From positions 6,579 to 70,578 of the forward strand of contig CALVTH010000001.1 in assembly GCA_944360115.1 (NCBI GenBank): a stretch of DNA of 64,000 nt. The letters are read 5' to 3'. Positions 17,903-28,393 of this stretch are shown here, piece after piece. The stretch comes from an uncultured Clostridia bacterium. GTDB taxonomy: Bacteria; Bacillota; Clostridia; Christensenellales; CAG-917. A program made the position numbers and the translations under genes. Each line of letters starts with the position of its first letter. Positions within the stretch are counted from its first letter, which is position 1. A model generated the notes under the pieces. That model did no database searches, had not been told where the DNA came from, and worked only from the letters and a program-made list of their open reading frames with translations.

Positions 17903-18306
17903 CGACCCCCACCACCGGCACCAGCGAGGCAAGAACGCTTTGCAAAAGATGTTCTTGCGAGCGACAGTAGGTGGACTTTGCCTGTACAAAGTCCACCGGC
18001 ACCAAACCGAGGATAAGGGCGCATCTTGCGCCCTTTCTTCGTGTCGTGGACTTCGGTTACATACTACCGCGGTATGCGCCCTCGTCCCCGCACTCGTAAG
18101 GACGCAATCTGCAACCCTTCTGCTCGGTTTGGGCGCGCAGACTGCAAGTAACCCCCGCGGGATTTTCCCTGCGGGGAATTGTGTTGTTATGCGCTGTAAG
18201 GTGGCGGGGGTCGAACGGGCGGAAAAGCAAACAGTCCATAAGAACTGTTTGCCCGCCCCGGCGTGATAGCGCGAGCAAAGAGGGAAGTGCGCGACGAATG
18301 TCAGCC
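17903..18306 (+). repeat. Copy 2 of the 404-bp direct repeat
   Basis: See copy 1. It is preceded by a 39-bp filler (17864-17902) and abuts the 3' end of maa. Confidence 0.95.
18220..18252 (-). terminator. Probable terminator of maa (lies inside repeat copy 2; its twin lies in copy 1)
   Basis: On the - strand, gcaaacagt-tcttatgg-actgtttgc is followed by ttttcc. It is nested in an outer gggcgg/ccgccc helix. Confidence 0.5.
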
Positions 18307-18333
18307 ACGAGTCGGTCGGGGTGCATGTGCGTT

Positions 18334-18933
18334 TCAGTATTCGCCGTCGTAGTACGGGTAGGTGTGGCGGTCGGCTTCGGTGATTTCACGCAGGACGCGA
18401 CAGGGCACTCCCACAGCCACGACATTTGCGGGGATGTCTTTCGTCACCACGCTTCCCGCACCGATGACGGAATTGTCGCCGATTGTTACCCCCGCAAGCA
18501 CGGTTGCGCCCACGCCTATCCATACATTGTTGCCCACCGTAACGGGTTTTGATATTTCGGTTCCTTCGGCGCGCATTTGCGGGTCTATTGCGTGCTCCGC
18601 CGTTGTAATTGTGCAATTGGGCGCGATAAAAACATTGTCGCCGAAAGTGACCTTTGCGCCGTCCTGCACTATGAAATTGTGATTGGCGTAAAAGCGGCTG
18701 CCCACTTCTATGTTATATCCGAAATCGCACCAGAACGGTGGCACGATGATGACCTCTTCTCCCATTTTTCCCAGCAAAGAAGAGAGTATTTCGCGTTGCT
18801 CTTCGGTGTCGTTGGGTGATAGTGCGTTGTAGCGGTAGCACTTTTCTTTGCCTTTTCTTATCTCGGCTTCGTAGGCGGGATTGTAACTCCCTTTGAAAAA
18901 GCAGTTGAGCGGCACGACGGGTCTTTTTTCCAT
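18334..18933 (-). CDS. maa: Maltose/galactoside O-acetyltransferase (hexapeptide-repeat family)
   Basis: It has the N-terminal Mac domain 'YNALSPNDTEEQREILSSLLG' and left-handed beta-helix repeats 'VWIGVGATVLAGVTIGDNSVIGAGSVVTKDIP'. Confidence 0.85.
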   Translation of the reverse strand: MEKRPVVPLNCFFKGSYNPAYEAEIRKGKEKCYRYNALSPNDTEEQREILSSLLGKMGEEVIIVPPFWCDFGYNIEVGSRFYANHNFIVQDGAKVTFGDNVFIAPNCTITTAEHAIDPQMRAEGTEISKPVTVGNNVWIGVGATVLAGVTIGDNSVIGAGSVVTKDIPANVVAVGVPCRVLREITEADRHTYPYYDGEY

Positions 18934-19160
18934 ATCGGTTCCTCCGAGTTTGATTGTAGCAGAAAACGCGGGGCAGTCAATACGGCGGCAATCCCTGCGG
19001 GAGCGAAAATCGCGGGAAACACGACGATTTGTATCCTGTATCCGCCGCCTTTGTGCAGGTATGTGCGTGCACAGCGGGCGCGCCTCGAGCGTGCACGCCC
19101 GCTTTAATTAAGATTTTACACGCGCCCGCGAAAATATTTGAAAAAAGTTTGCGTAAACTA

Positions 19161-19189
19161 TTGACATTTGGCAGACGGAAAAATATACT
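19161..19189 (+). promoter_or_regulatory. Sigma-A promoter of the hrcA-dnaK operon
   Basis: TTGACA (19161-19166), a 17-nt spacer, then TATACT (19184-19189), immediately followed by CIRCE. Confidence 0.7.
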
Positions 19190-19190
19190 G

Positions 19191-19217
19191 TTAGCAGTCA
19201 AGTGTTGAGAGTGCTAG
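19191..19217 (+). promoter_or_regulatory. CIRCE operator (HrcA binding site)
   Basis: TTAGCAGTC-N9-GAGTGCTAG compared with the consensus TTAGCACTC-N9-GAGTGCTAA. It lies just upstream of hrcA. Confidence 0.9.
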
Positions 19218-19253
19218 CAACCGCAAAACGGGCACGGGCACTCGGAGGCGGAG

Positions 19254-20315
19254 ATGAGCAAGGAGCTGAGCGAAAGAAAAAGAAGGATTGTGCGAGCGCT
19301 TGTCGAGACATACATCGCGACGGGGCAGCCCGTCTCAAGCGCCGACATTCAGTCGCGTTATCTTCCCGAAGTCAGTTCGGCAACCATCCGTGCGGAACTC
19401 AGCGCGCTCGAAGCGCTCGGCTACATAGCGCAGCCGCACACTTCGGCGGGACGAGTGCCTCTCAAGGCGGCGTACAAGTTGTATGTGGGCGACCTTGACG
19501 CGGAGACCGAGGGCGGCGCTCTCACCGACGCGGAGACGGCGTTTATCAGAAGCCGTTTCGAGGAAAGGCTGGACGAAGTGGGCGACCTCAGCAAGAGGGC
19601 GGCGCGCATAATCAGCGATGTGACCAACTACACTTCCTTTTTCGTCAGCAGTCATTCTTCGCCCGTCATCGAGGAGATAAAGCTGGTGCCGCTCAAAGGC
19701 GGGAAGGCGCTGGTTCTCATCGTCACCGACGCGGGTATCATCGCCGACAAGACCATAGATGTCGACTGCGACCTCAAGCGCGAATATGTGGAATCGGCGT
19801 CGGAGGTGCTCAACAAGGTGTTCTGCGGAAGGAGCGCGGACGAACTTGCGGGCGTTGACGCCGACGCGGAAATAGCCGAGCAAATCGGGGATTTCCGCGA
19901 TATATTCGACACGGTGCTGGCAATCATACGCAGTTATGTTGCCGAACATTCCGACGACCTCGCGGTGGAAGGCGCGCTCAAGATGCTCGATTATCCCGAA
20001 TACGATGTGGCGGACGCAAAGAATTTCCTTTCCGTCATTTCCGACCGCGGCAGCATGAGCGAATTGCTCGAGGACGCCGAGGACAGCATCGAGTTTTCGG
20101 TGCGTATCGGCAAGGAGGACAGCGGCGTGGACAAATGCGCCATCATCACGGCGTCGTACAAAGTCGGCGACGAGGTGGTGGGCAGAGCGGGCGTCATCGG
20201 CCCCGAAAGAATGGATTACAAGAAGGTCATCGGCGTGCTGGATTATATGAAAAAGACGCTGAGCACGGTGCTCGGCACGGACGACGACAGAAAGGACGAC
20301 AGCGATGAAAAATAA
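19254..20315 (+). CDS. hrcA: Heat-inducible transcription repressor HrcA
   Basis: It has the N-terminal winged helix 'LSERKRRIVRALVETYIATGQPVSSADI' and 'GRAGVIGPERMDY'. It is the first gene of hrcA-grpE-dnaK-dnaJ. Confidence 0.9.
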   Translation: MSKELSERKRRIVRALVETYIATGQPVSSADIQSRYLPEVSSATIRAELSALEALGYIAQPHTSAGRVPLKAAYKLYVGDLDAETEGGALTDAETAFIRSRFEERLDEVGDLSKRAARIISDVTNYTSFFVSSHSSPVIEEIKLVPLKGGKALVLIVTDAGIIADKTIDVDCDLKREYVESASEVLNKVFCGRSADELAGVDADAEIAEQIGDFRDIFDTVLAIIRSYVAEHSDDLAVEGALKMLDYPEYDVADAKNFLSVISDRGSMSELLEDAEDSIEFSVRIGKEDSGVDKCAIITASYKVGDEVVGRAGVIGPERMDYKKVIGVLDYMKKTLSTVLGTDDDRKDDSDEK

Positions 20316-20874
20316 AGACATCAAAGACAACCGCACCGAAAAGGCGGAAGAGAACATAAAGTCCGACAAAGAGAACGGCGAACAGACCGAACTCGACCGC
20401 GAGGCGATGGGCGACGACAAGTACATCGAAGCGCTGGAGGAGAGGATAGGCGCGCTTATGGCGGAGACGACCTCGGCGCGCAACCTGACGCTCAGACTGC
20501 AGGCGGACTTTGACAATTACCGCAAGCGCAACGCCGCGCTTGCCGAAGAGATGAAAGCCCTCGGCAAGTCGATGGTCATAGAGAAACTTCTCGGAGTGCT
20601 CGACAACTGTGCGCTGGCGAGGAAGTACATCACCGACGAAGCCAATCTCACGGGCTTCAATATGATGGAGAGGCAACTGCTCGACGCGCTGTCGGCGTTC
20701 GGGCTCGAAGAGATTGCGGCGGACGACGCCGACTTCGACCCCGCGTTCATGACGGCGGTGGAGAGAGTGAACGGCGACGAGTCCATGGCGGGCAAGGTCG
20801 TCGAGGTGCTTGCGAAGGGCTACAAACTGGACGGAAAGGTTCTGCGCCCCGCGAGCGTCAAGGTAGGATGTTGA
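20305..20874 (+). CDS. grpE: Nucleotide exchange factor GrpE
   Basis: It contains '[13 protein letters not shown]' and '[20 protein letters not shown]'. Confidence 0.9.
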   Translation: MKNKDIKDNRTEKAEENIKSDKENGEQTELDREAMGDDKYIEALEERIGALMAETTSARNLTLRLQADFDNYRKRNAALAEEMKALGKSMVIEKLLGVLDNCALARKYITDEANLTGFNMMERQLLDALSAFGLEEIAADDADFDPAFMTAVERVNGDESMAGKVVEVLAKGYKLDGKVLRPASVKVGC

Positions 20875-20923
20875 AAACAACCGCGAAAGCGGTGCGAATT
20901 TTATAAAACAAGGAGCAACGATT

Positions 20924-22804
<1,881 letters not shown>

Positions 22805-22869
22805 CGACGGAGAATAAACGCGACATTTGAGGGCGCGCCCTGCGGGGTGCGCCCGAGGACTGTACATAT

Positions 22870-24042
22870 ATGGCAAAGGACTATTACGGTTTGCTGGGCG
22901 TGAGCAAGACGGCTTCCGACGAGGAAATCAAATCCGCCTACCGCAAACTCGCCAAAAAATATCACCCCGACCTCTATTCCACCGCGACCGAAGCGGAGAA
23001 GAAGGCGGCGGAAGAGAAGTTCAAGGAAATCAATCACGCCTACAGCGTGCTTTCCGACCCCGACAAACGCGCGGCGTTCGACGCCTACGGCGACGAGAAC
23101 GGTCCCATGGGCGGGCAGGGCGGAGGCGCGGGCTTCGGCGGATTCGGCGGATTCGGCGGCGCGGGACGGAGCGGCGGCGGATTCGGTTTCGACATGGACG
23201 ACATCTTCTCCACCATTTTCAGCGGCTTCGGCGGAGGACGGTCGTCGTCGGGTGCGCGCGGCAATGCGCCGCAGCGCGGCGCGGACATCCGCGTCAGGAT
23301 GACGCTCACCTTCGAGGAAGCGGCTTTCGGCGTGCAGAAAAAAGTGTCGGTGAGACGCACGGAAGTTTGTTCCGACTGCAACGGCACGGGCGCGAAACCC
23401 GGCACGGGCACCAAAGTGTGTTCCAACTGCCGAGGCACGGGACAGGTCACTCATACGCAGAACACCCCCTTCGGACAGTTCGCCACGACGGGCGTCTGTC
23501 CCGTCTGCAAGGGCAAGGGCAAAATCGTCACCGACCCCTGCAAGACCTGTGGCGGAGCGGGCGTGACGGAGAAGTCGAGGGAAATCACCGTCAACATACC
23601 TTCGGGCATTGACAGCGGTCAGACGATAACCTACACGGGCGAGGGCAATGCGGGCAGAAACGGCGGCGAGCGCGGGTCGCTGGTCGTCGAGATATCCGTC
23701 CGTCCTCACAAACTTTTCAAGCGCAACGGCAGCGACCTGCAACTCGAACTTCCGCTCACCATTGCCGAAGCGGCTCTCGGTTGCACGGTTATGGTGCCCA
23801 CCCTCAAGAACACGCAGGAGCTCAAGATTCCCGAGGGAACGCAGAGCGGCACGGTGTTCAAAATCAAGGGCGGCGGCATAAAGAAACTGCGTTCTTCCGA
23901 CAGCGGCGACCTGTATATCAAGGTCATCGTCGAGGTGCCGAAGAGCCTTACGAGAGAGCAGAAAGATTTGCTTCGCAAACTCGACGCCGACTTCGACCTC
24001 AAGCAATTCCCGCGGAAGAAGGAATACAAGGATAAGAACTGA
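22870..24042 (+). CDS. dnaJ: Co-chaperone DnaJ
   Basis: It has a J domain with 'KYHPDL', a Gly-rich linker, and four CxxCxGxG zinc motifs ('CSDCNGTG','CSNCRGTG','CPVCKGKG','CKTCGGAG'). Confidence 0.95.
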   Translation: MAKDYYGLLGVSKTASDEEIKSAYRKLAKKYHPDLYSTATEAEKKAAEEKFKEINHAYSVLSDPDKRAAFDAYGDENGPMGGQGGGAGFGGFGGFGGAGRSGGGFGFDMDDIFSTIFSGFGGGRSSSGARGNAPQRGADIRVRMTLTFEEAAFGVQKKVSVRRTEVCSDCNGTGAKPGTGTKVCSNCRGTGQVTHTQNTPFGQFATTGVCPVCKGKGKIVTDPCKTCGGAGVTEKSREITVNIPSGIDSGQTITYTGEGNAGRNGGERGSLVVEISVRPHKLFKRNGSDLQLELPLTIAEAALGCTVMVPTLKNTQELKIPEGTQSGTVFKIKGGGIKKLRSSDSGDLYIKVIVEVPKSLTREQKDLLRKLDADFDLKQFPRKKEYKDKN

Positions 24043-24046
24043 AAAG

Positions 24047-24088
24047 ACGGTTTATGTCCGTACTTTGTGGGCATAAACCGTTTATTTT
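24047..24088 (+). terminator. Hairpin plus T-rich run between dnaJ and prmA (partial terminator or processing site)
   Basis: acggtttatg (24047-56) pairs with cataaaccgt (24072-81), followed by ttattttg. It lies 5 nt upstream of the prmA ATG. Confidence 0.4.
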
Positions 24089-24092
24089 GTCT

Positions 24093-24995
24093 ATGAAACT
24101 CAAGAAAATCACCGTAATCACCGACCACGACAACGCCGAAATCGTCTCGTCCGCAATGTTCGACGCGGGCGCGGACGGCGTGGAAATTCTCGACCGCGAG
24201 GACTTCGCGTCGCTTCTGAAATCCGATGTCATCTGGGATTATGTCGACGAAAACGCCTTTGCGGCAGACGGTACGGTCAGGGTGTCCGCGGTGGTGGACG
24301 GGGACGACCGCGTTTTCCTGCCCGCACTTGAAAAGCGGCTGGACGGCATGAAAGAGACGGGCGTGCGCTTCGGAGAAATCACCGTCGTCACGCTCGACGA
24401 CGCCGATTGGGCAAACGAATGGAAGAAGTATTACAAGCCCATTGTCGCCGACCGCATAACCGTCGTGCCCACATGGATAGACTACACCCCCGCGGCAGGG
24501 GAGCGCGTCATGCGGCTGGACCCCGGAATGGCGTTCGGCACTGGCGAGCACGAGACGACGAGGATGTGTCTCGACCTCGCGTCGCCCGAGGGCAGGAGCG
24601 TCGTCGATGTGGGGTGCGGCAGCGGCATACTCGGTATCGCCGCGGCGCTTTCGGGGGCGAAGTCCGTGTATATGTGCGACCTCGACCCGCAGGCCGTCGA
24701 AGCGGCGGAAAAGAACGCCGAACTCAACGGTGTGGATTGCGTCGTGGAGCAGGCGGACCTGCTCGAGAAAGATATAAAAGCCGACCTCATTCTCGCAAAT
24801 CTGACCGCCGACATACTCATGCGTTTCGCGCCGCTCGTCGGCGATCATCTGAACGCGGGCGGCAAACTCGTGGTGTCTGGCATAATAGTGCCGCGCGCCG
24901 ACGAGGTGGAAGAGGCGTTTTCGGAGTGCGGTTTTGCAGTCGAGAAACGCGCCGTGCACGGCGACTGGTGTGCTTTCGTGCTGGGGAGGCGTTGA
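24093..24995 (+). CDS. prmA: Ribosomal protein L11 methyltransferase
   Basis: It has the SAM motif 'VVDVGCGSGILGIAAALSGA'. The N-terminus 'MKLKKITVITD' is PrmA-like. It sits after dnaJ, as in B. subtilis (yqeT). Confidence 0.85.
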   Translation: MKLKKITVITDHDNAEIVSSAMFDAGADGVEILDREDFASLLKSDVIWDYVDENAFAADGTVRVSAVVDGDDRVFLPALEKRLDGMKETGVRFGEITVVTLDDADWANEWKKYYKPIVADRITVVPTWIDYTPAAGERVMRLDPGMAFGTGEHETTRMCLDLASPEGRSVVDVGCGSGILGIAAALSGAKSVYMCDLDPQAVEAAEKNAELNGVDCVVEQADLLEKDIKADLILANLTADILMRFAPLVGDHLNAGGKLVVSGIIVPRADEVEEAFSECGFAVEKRAVHGDWCAFVLGRR

Positions 24996-24996
24996 T

Positions 24997-25722
24997 ATGG
25001 AACTGAGAAGATTTTTCGTCGCGCCCACCGATGTCGCCCCCGACGGCACAATCACTGTCCGCGGCGGCGAAGCCGAGCACATCACGCGCGTTCTCAGAAT
25101 GAAAAAGGGTTTCAAGGCGATTGTCTGCACAGGCGACGGCACCGAGATAGTGGCGGAGATAACCGACATTGCCCGCGATACCGTCACAATGCGCACGCTG
25201 GAGGCGAAAAAAGCGGACAGACGCGACAAACATCTCACGCTGTATTGCGGCATACTCAAGAACAAAAATCTTGACTTCGTGGTGCGGCACGCCGTCGAAC
25301 TCGGCGTGGACAGGATTGTTCCTTTTTATTCTTCCCGCACGGACGAGACGGCTTTCAACGCCGAACGCGGCAACAGAATAGCGCTCGAAGCGGCAAAACA
25401 ATGTGGCTCGGTGTTCCTGTCCGAGGTGTGCGAGCCCGTGTCGTTCGACGAGATGACGCAGGATTTCGCGCAGTACGACGCCGTGTATTTCTGTTACGAA
25501 AACGAACGCCGTCGTCCGCTTGCCGCCGTTGCGCCCGAGGGCGGAAAGTTCGCGCTCGTGGTGGGCAGCGAAGGCGGATTCACGGAGGACGAGGCGGCAA
25601 AAGCCGCGGAGTCGGGAGCGGTTGCGGTCACGCTCGGCAGGCGTATTCTCCGTGCCGAGACCGCCGACATCGTTGCCTGCGCGTTTGCGCTCGCCGCAAT
25701 GGGAGAACTCGATTATGACTAA
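24997..25722 (+). CDS. rsmE: 16S rRNA (uracil1498-N3)-methyltransferase RsmE
   Basis: It contains 'MELRRFFV', a PUA-like N-terminus, 'VVGSEGGFTEDE' and 'LGRRILRAETA'. It corresponds to the yqeU position. Confidence 0.85.
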   Translation: MELRRFFVAPTDVAPDGTITVRGGEAEHITRVLRMKKGFKAIVCTGDGTEIVAEITDIARDTVTMRTLEAKKADRRDKHLTLYCGILKNKNLDFVVRHAVELGVDRIVPFYSSRTDETAFNAERGNRIALEAAKQCGSVFLSEVCEPVSFDEMTQDFAQYDAVYFCYENERRRPLAAVAPEGGKFALVVGSEGGFTEDEAAKAAESGAVAVTLGRRILRAETADIVACAFALAAMGELDYD

Positions 25723-26992
25723 GCCCGTCATTGCCGTTTACACCCTGGGGTGTAAGGTCAACCAGTACGATTCCGATGTTATGGCGGCGGTGCTTGCCGA
25801 CGGCGGTTTTACCGTGCACGAAGGGCTTGTGCCCGCCGATGTCTACATAATCGACACCTGCGCCGTCACCGCAGAAGCCGAAAGAAAATCCCGTCAGACA
25901 GTCGGCAAGATTATGAGAATCAACGCCGCCGCGGAGATTTATGTATGCGGGTGCGCTTCGCAGAACAATTTCGCGCAGTTCGCGCGCGACGGAGTAAAGT
26001 TCATCAGCGGCACCAAGGGCAAGTCCGACCTCGCCCGCAAACTGGTCGCCAGATATTCGGGCAGGGAAGAGGGCGGATTCGACAAGATTGTTTCTTCCGA
26101 TTTCGCCACCGCGGGGAGATACGAAGAGGACGGTTTCCCGCTCACATCCCGCACGCGCCGATTCATCAAGATTCAGGACGGCTGCAACAATTTCTGTTCC
26201 TATTGCCTTGTGCCGTACCTGCGCGGCAGGTCGCGCTCCCGCAGTTTGTCCGGCGTGCTCGCCGAGGTGCGCGCCGCGGAAGTGGACTGCAACGAAATAG
26301 TGCTCACGGGAATAAACCTTTCGGCGTACGGCAACGACATCGGCACTTCGCTTGCCGCGTTGCTGACTGCGTTGCAGAGCACTCCGCTGAGAGTGCGCCT
26401 CGGGTCTTTGGAGGCGGGCGTCATAGACGAAAAATTCCTCGAAGCGGCGGCGGGACTCAGGAAATTCTGCCCGCACTTTCATCTTTCGTTGCAGAGCGGA
26501 GACGACGGCGTGCTTGCGGCAATGAACCGCCATTACACCGCGGAGCAGTACGCCGAAAAAGTCGCGCTCATACGCCGCTATTTCCCCGAAGCCGCGCTGA
26601 CCACCGATGTCATAGTCGGTTTCCCCACCGAGACCGAACAGGCATTCGAGAACAGTCGCGCTTTCTGCCGCGACACGGTAAAATTCGCTGACATTCATGT
26701 CTTTCCGTATTCCTCGCGCAAGGGCACGGCGGCAGGGAAAATGCGCGTTTTGCCGCCCGAAACCGTCGCGGCGAGACAGCAGAGTATGTCTGAGGTAAAA
26801 AGGGAACTTTCCGCCGATTTCAGGCTTAAACAGCTCGGAAAACCCGCTGAAGTGCTTTTTGAGTCGAAAGAGGATGGAATGTGGTGCGGGCATACGCCCA
26901 ATTATGTCAAGGTCTACTCCTCGGTGGGCGGGCACAACACGCTGTCCGTCGTCACCCCCACCGCGCTCTACGGCGACGGCGTGCGGGTGTAG
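25715..26992 (+). CDS. mtaB: tRNA threonylcarbamoyladenosine methylthiotransferase MtaB (radical SAM)
   Basis: It contains 'VYTLGCKVNQYDS', the radical-SAM motif 'DGCNNFCSYCLVPYLRG' and a TRAM end. It corresponds to the yqeV position. Confidence 0.85.
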   Translation: MTKPVIAVYTLGCKVNQYDSDVMAAVLADGGFTVHEGLVPADVYIIDTCAVTAEAERKSRQTVGKIMRINAAAEIYVCGCASQNNFAQFARDGVKFISGTKGKSDLARKLVARYSGREEGGFDKIVSSDFATAGRYEEDGFPLTSRTRRFIKIQDGCNNFCSYCLVPYLRGRSRSRSLSGVLAEVRAAEVDCNEIVLTGINLSAYGNDIGTSLAALLTALQSTPLRVRLGSLEAGVIDEKFLEAAAGLRKFCPHFHLSLQSGDDGVLAAMNRHYTAEQYAEKVALIRRYFPEAALTTDVIVGFPTETEQAFENSRAFCRDTVKFADIHVFPYSSRKGTAAGKMRVLPPETVAARQQSMSEVKRELSADFRLKQLGKPAEVLFESKEDGMWCGHTPNYVKVYSSVGGHNTLSVVTPTALYGDGVRV

Positions 26993-27158
26993 GAAGTTTG
27001 CAGGGTTCCCGTTTTGCCGCGCCCCTTCCTCGGACGCGCCGTCGAGCGACGGAAGGGGCGCGCAATCAAATTGCCTTTCGCAATTTCGCCGCGCCGCTTG
27101 AACGACGGCGGTTGCGGTGATATCATATCGGTGCGCACAGCGCAAAGGAGTTTTCATT

Positions 27159-27500
27159 ATGGACGACTGCATTTTCTGCAAGATAATCAAAGGCGACATT
27201 CCCTCGACCAGGCTTTACGAGGACGACGATATGGTCATCATCAAGGACATCTCCCCGCAGGCTCCCGTGCACCTGCTTCTGCTCCCCAAAGAGCACTACG
27301 CAAACATCATTGAGATGTCCGAAGCGCAGGCGGCGACCCTCGCCCGTTGTCTCAAGAAACTGTCCGCAATGACCGACAAACTCGGTCTGTCCGGCGGCTT
27401 CCGTCTCGTGTCCAACAAGGGCAAGGACGCCTGCCAGTCCGTCGAACATCTGCACATCCACATTCTCGGAGGAGGTCAGCTCGCCGACAGAATGGGTTGA
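27159..27500 (+). CDS. HIT-family (histidine triad) nucleotide-binding protein
   Basis: It contains 'CIFCKII', and the histidine triad 'HLHIHILGG'. An aaaggag RBS lies upstream. Confidence 0.9.
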   Translation: MDDCIFCKIIKGDIPSTRLYEDDDMVIIKDISPQAPVHLLLLPKEHYANIIEMSEAQAATLARCLKKLSAMTDKLGLSGGFRLVSNKGKDACQSVEHLHIHILGGGQLADRMG

Positions 27501-27687
27501 CGGTTTTGCGAGGGCGGCGGTCACTCGGTCACATTGACGCGACTTGAGCGCCGATTCCGCGGCGTTTGAGGAGAGCGGAGCGTAGTGCGACGGAGCCGTT
27601 TTGCGCACTCCCGCCCGTCGCCACGGCGGCGGGATTTCCGTCGGAAGACGCGTTTTGCGATTTTGCCGCGCTTGTGCCGCTATTTCC

Positions 27688-27715
27688 TTGACAAACACCG
27701 CGCGGTGTGTATAAT
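27688..27715 (+). promoter_or_regulatory. Candidate promoter for rpsU
   Basis: TTGACA (27688-27693), a 16-nt spacer, then TATAAT (27710-27715). Confidence 0.55.
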
Positions 27716-27748
27716 AAATATCACTTGCGAAAAAAAGGAGGTGAAGAT

Positions 27749-27928
27749 ATGTCTACAGTCAGAGTCGGCGAAAACGAGTCTCTCGACAACGCAATCCGTC
27801 GTTTCAAAAGAAAGTGCGCCCGCGACGGCATCATCGGTGACCTCCGCAAGAAAGAGGCTTACGAGAAGCCCAGCGTCAAGCGCAAGAAGAAGGCGGAAGC
27901 CGCGCGCAAGAGAGCGTACAAGAACTAA
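27749..27928 (+). CDS. rpsU: 30S ribosomal protein S21
   Basis: The 59-aa basic protein contains '[19 protein letters not shown]' and '[11 protein letters not shown]'. An aaggagg RBS lies upstream. Confidence 0.9.
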   Translation: MSTVRVGENESLDNAIRRFKRKCARDGIIGDLRKKEAYEKPSVKRKKKAEAARKRAYKN

Positions 27929-27954
27929 AATTACGAGGAGAGCAATCTCCCCGC

Positions 27955-28031
27955 GGGGGCATAGCCCAGTCGGTTAGAGCGCTTGTTTCACATACAAGAG
28001 GTCACAGGTTCGAGTCCTGTTGTCCCCACCA
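27955..28031 (+). tRNA. tRNA-Val (anticodon CAC), CCA encoded
   Basis: Acceptor gggggca/tgtcccc (one G.U pair), anticodon arm cttgt-ttCACat-acaag, T arm acagg-ttcgagt-cctgt, ending acca. Confidence 0.85.
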
Positions 28032-28034
28032 TTC

Positions 28035-28088
28035 AAAACCTAAAACGAACCACTGTCAAGTGAAAGTAGTTTTAGGTTTTCTCTTTTT
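28035..28088 (+). terminator. AT-rich hairpin plus T-run after tRNA-Val
   Basis: aaaacctaaaac (28035-46) pairs with gttttaggtttt (28069-80), followed by ctcttttt. Confidence 0.45.
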
Positions 28089-28190
28089 GCCATTTGTTTT
28101 TCAAGATACCTAATGATCCGCAGCGAAATTCTCCGTTCATTCAAGCCGCTGTCATAGTGCCATTTCGTAAAATAGTCGTTGTAGAAGCTA

Positions 28191-28219
28191 TTGATTTTTG
28201 TTTTCTAATATGCTATGCT
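28191..28219 (+). promoter_or_regulatory. Candidate promoter for the structured leader
   Basis: TTGATT (28191-96), a 17-nt spacer, then the extended -10 TGcTATGCT (28211-19). The predicted start is near 28226, the first base of the P1 helix. Confidence 0.35.
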
Positions 28220-28225
28220 GACTTT

Positions 28226-28370
28226 GCCAAACTAACTTAATCGCTCGTAAGGACATTTTTTCTTTAAGGGCATATTGTGTGCTTTTGTCCAATAATCTGT
28301 GAATTTGATAAAAATGCAAATTCCTTACGGTTATTGGACGGTAAGTTCTTACGATAACGGTTAGTTTGGC
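28226..28370 (+). ncRNA. Candidate structured 5' leader (cis-regulatory RNA of unknown class) upstream of the GIY-YIG gene
   Basis: The closing helix is gccaaactaac (28226-36) / gttagtttggc (28360-70). An inner helix is cgtaagga (28246-53) / tccttacg (28322-29). A competing or pseudoknot pairing is gtccaataa (28287-95) / ttattggac (28331-39). Confidence 0.4.
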
Positions 28371-28393
28371 GACTATCGGAGTTTGCGTTTTTT

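Noticed and set aside
17440-18266. Duplicated ORFs across the tRNA-Leu repeat (17440..17823 and 17895..18266 on +; 17427..18005 and 18057..18425 on -)
   Set aside because: The translations are Cys/His/Arg-rich with no motif, and they start inside or antisense to a tRNA. They have no RBS, and the DNA is dominated by hairpins and terminators. They are by-products of duplicating non-coding GC-rich DNA.
24054-24092. Longer prmA start at ATG 24054
   Set aside because: The extra 13 codons lie inside the dnaJ-prmA hairpin and T-run. The PrmA-like N-terminus ('MKLKKITVIT...') begins at ATG 24093.
27019-27061. 11-bp GC-rich hairpin (gcgccccttcc / ggaaggggcgc) after mtaB as a terminator
   Set aside because: No U-tract follows it. 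It may stabilise the mRNA 3' end or be incidental, so it is not called as a terminator.
28035-28200. Minus-strand open frame in the islet reading ...KINSFYNDYFTKWHYDSGLNERRISLRIIRYLEKQMAKRENLKLLSLDSGSF*
   Set aside because: It has no usable start codon apart from a late Met. Stops lie immediately upstream in frame, and it is below ORF-track length. It is possibly the decayed C-terminal remnant of a gene lost from the islet, but that cannot be supported as a CDS or pseudogene without a homology search.
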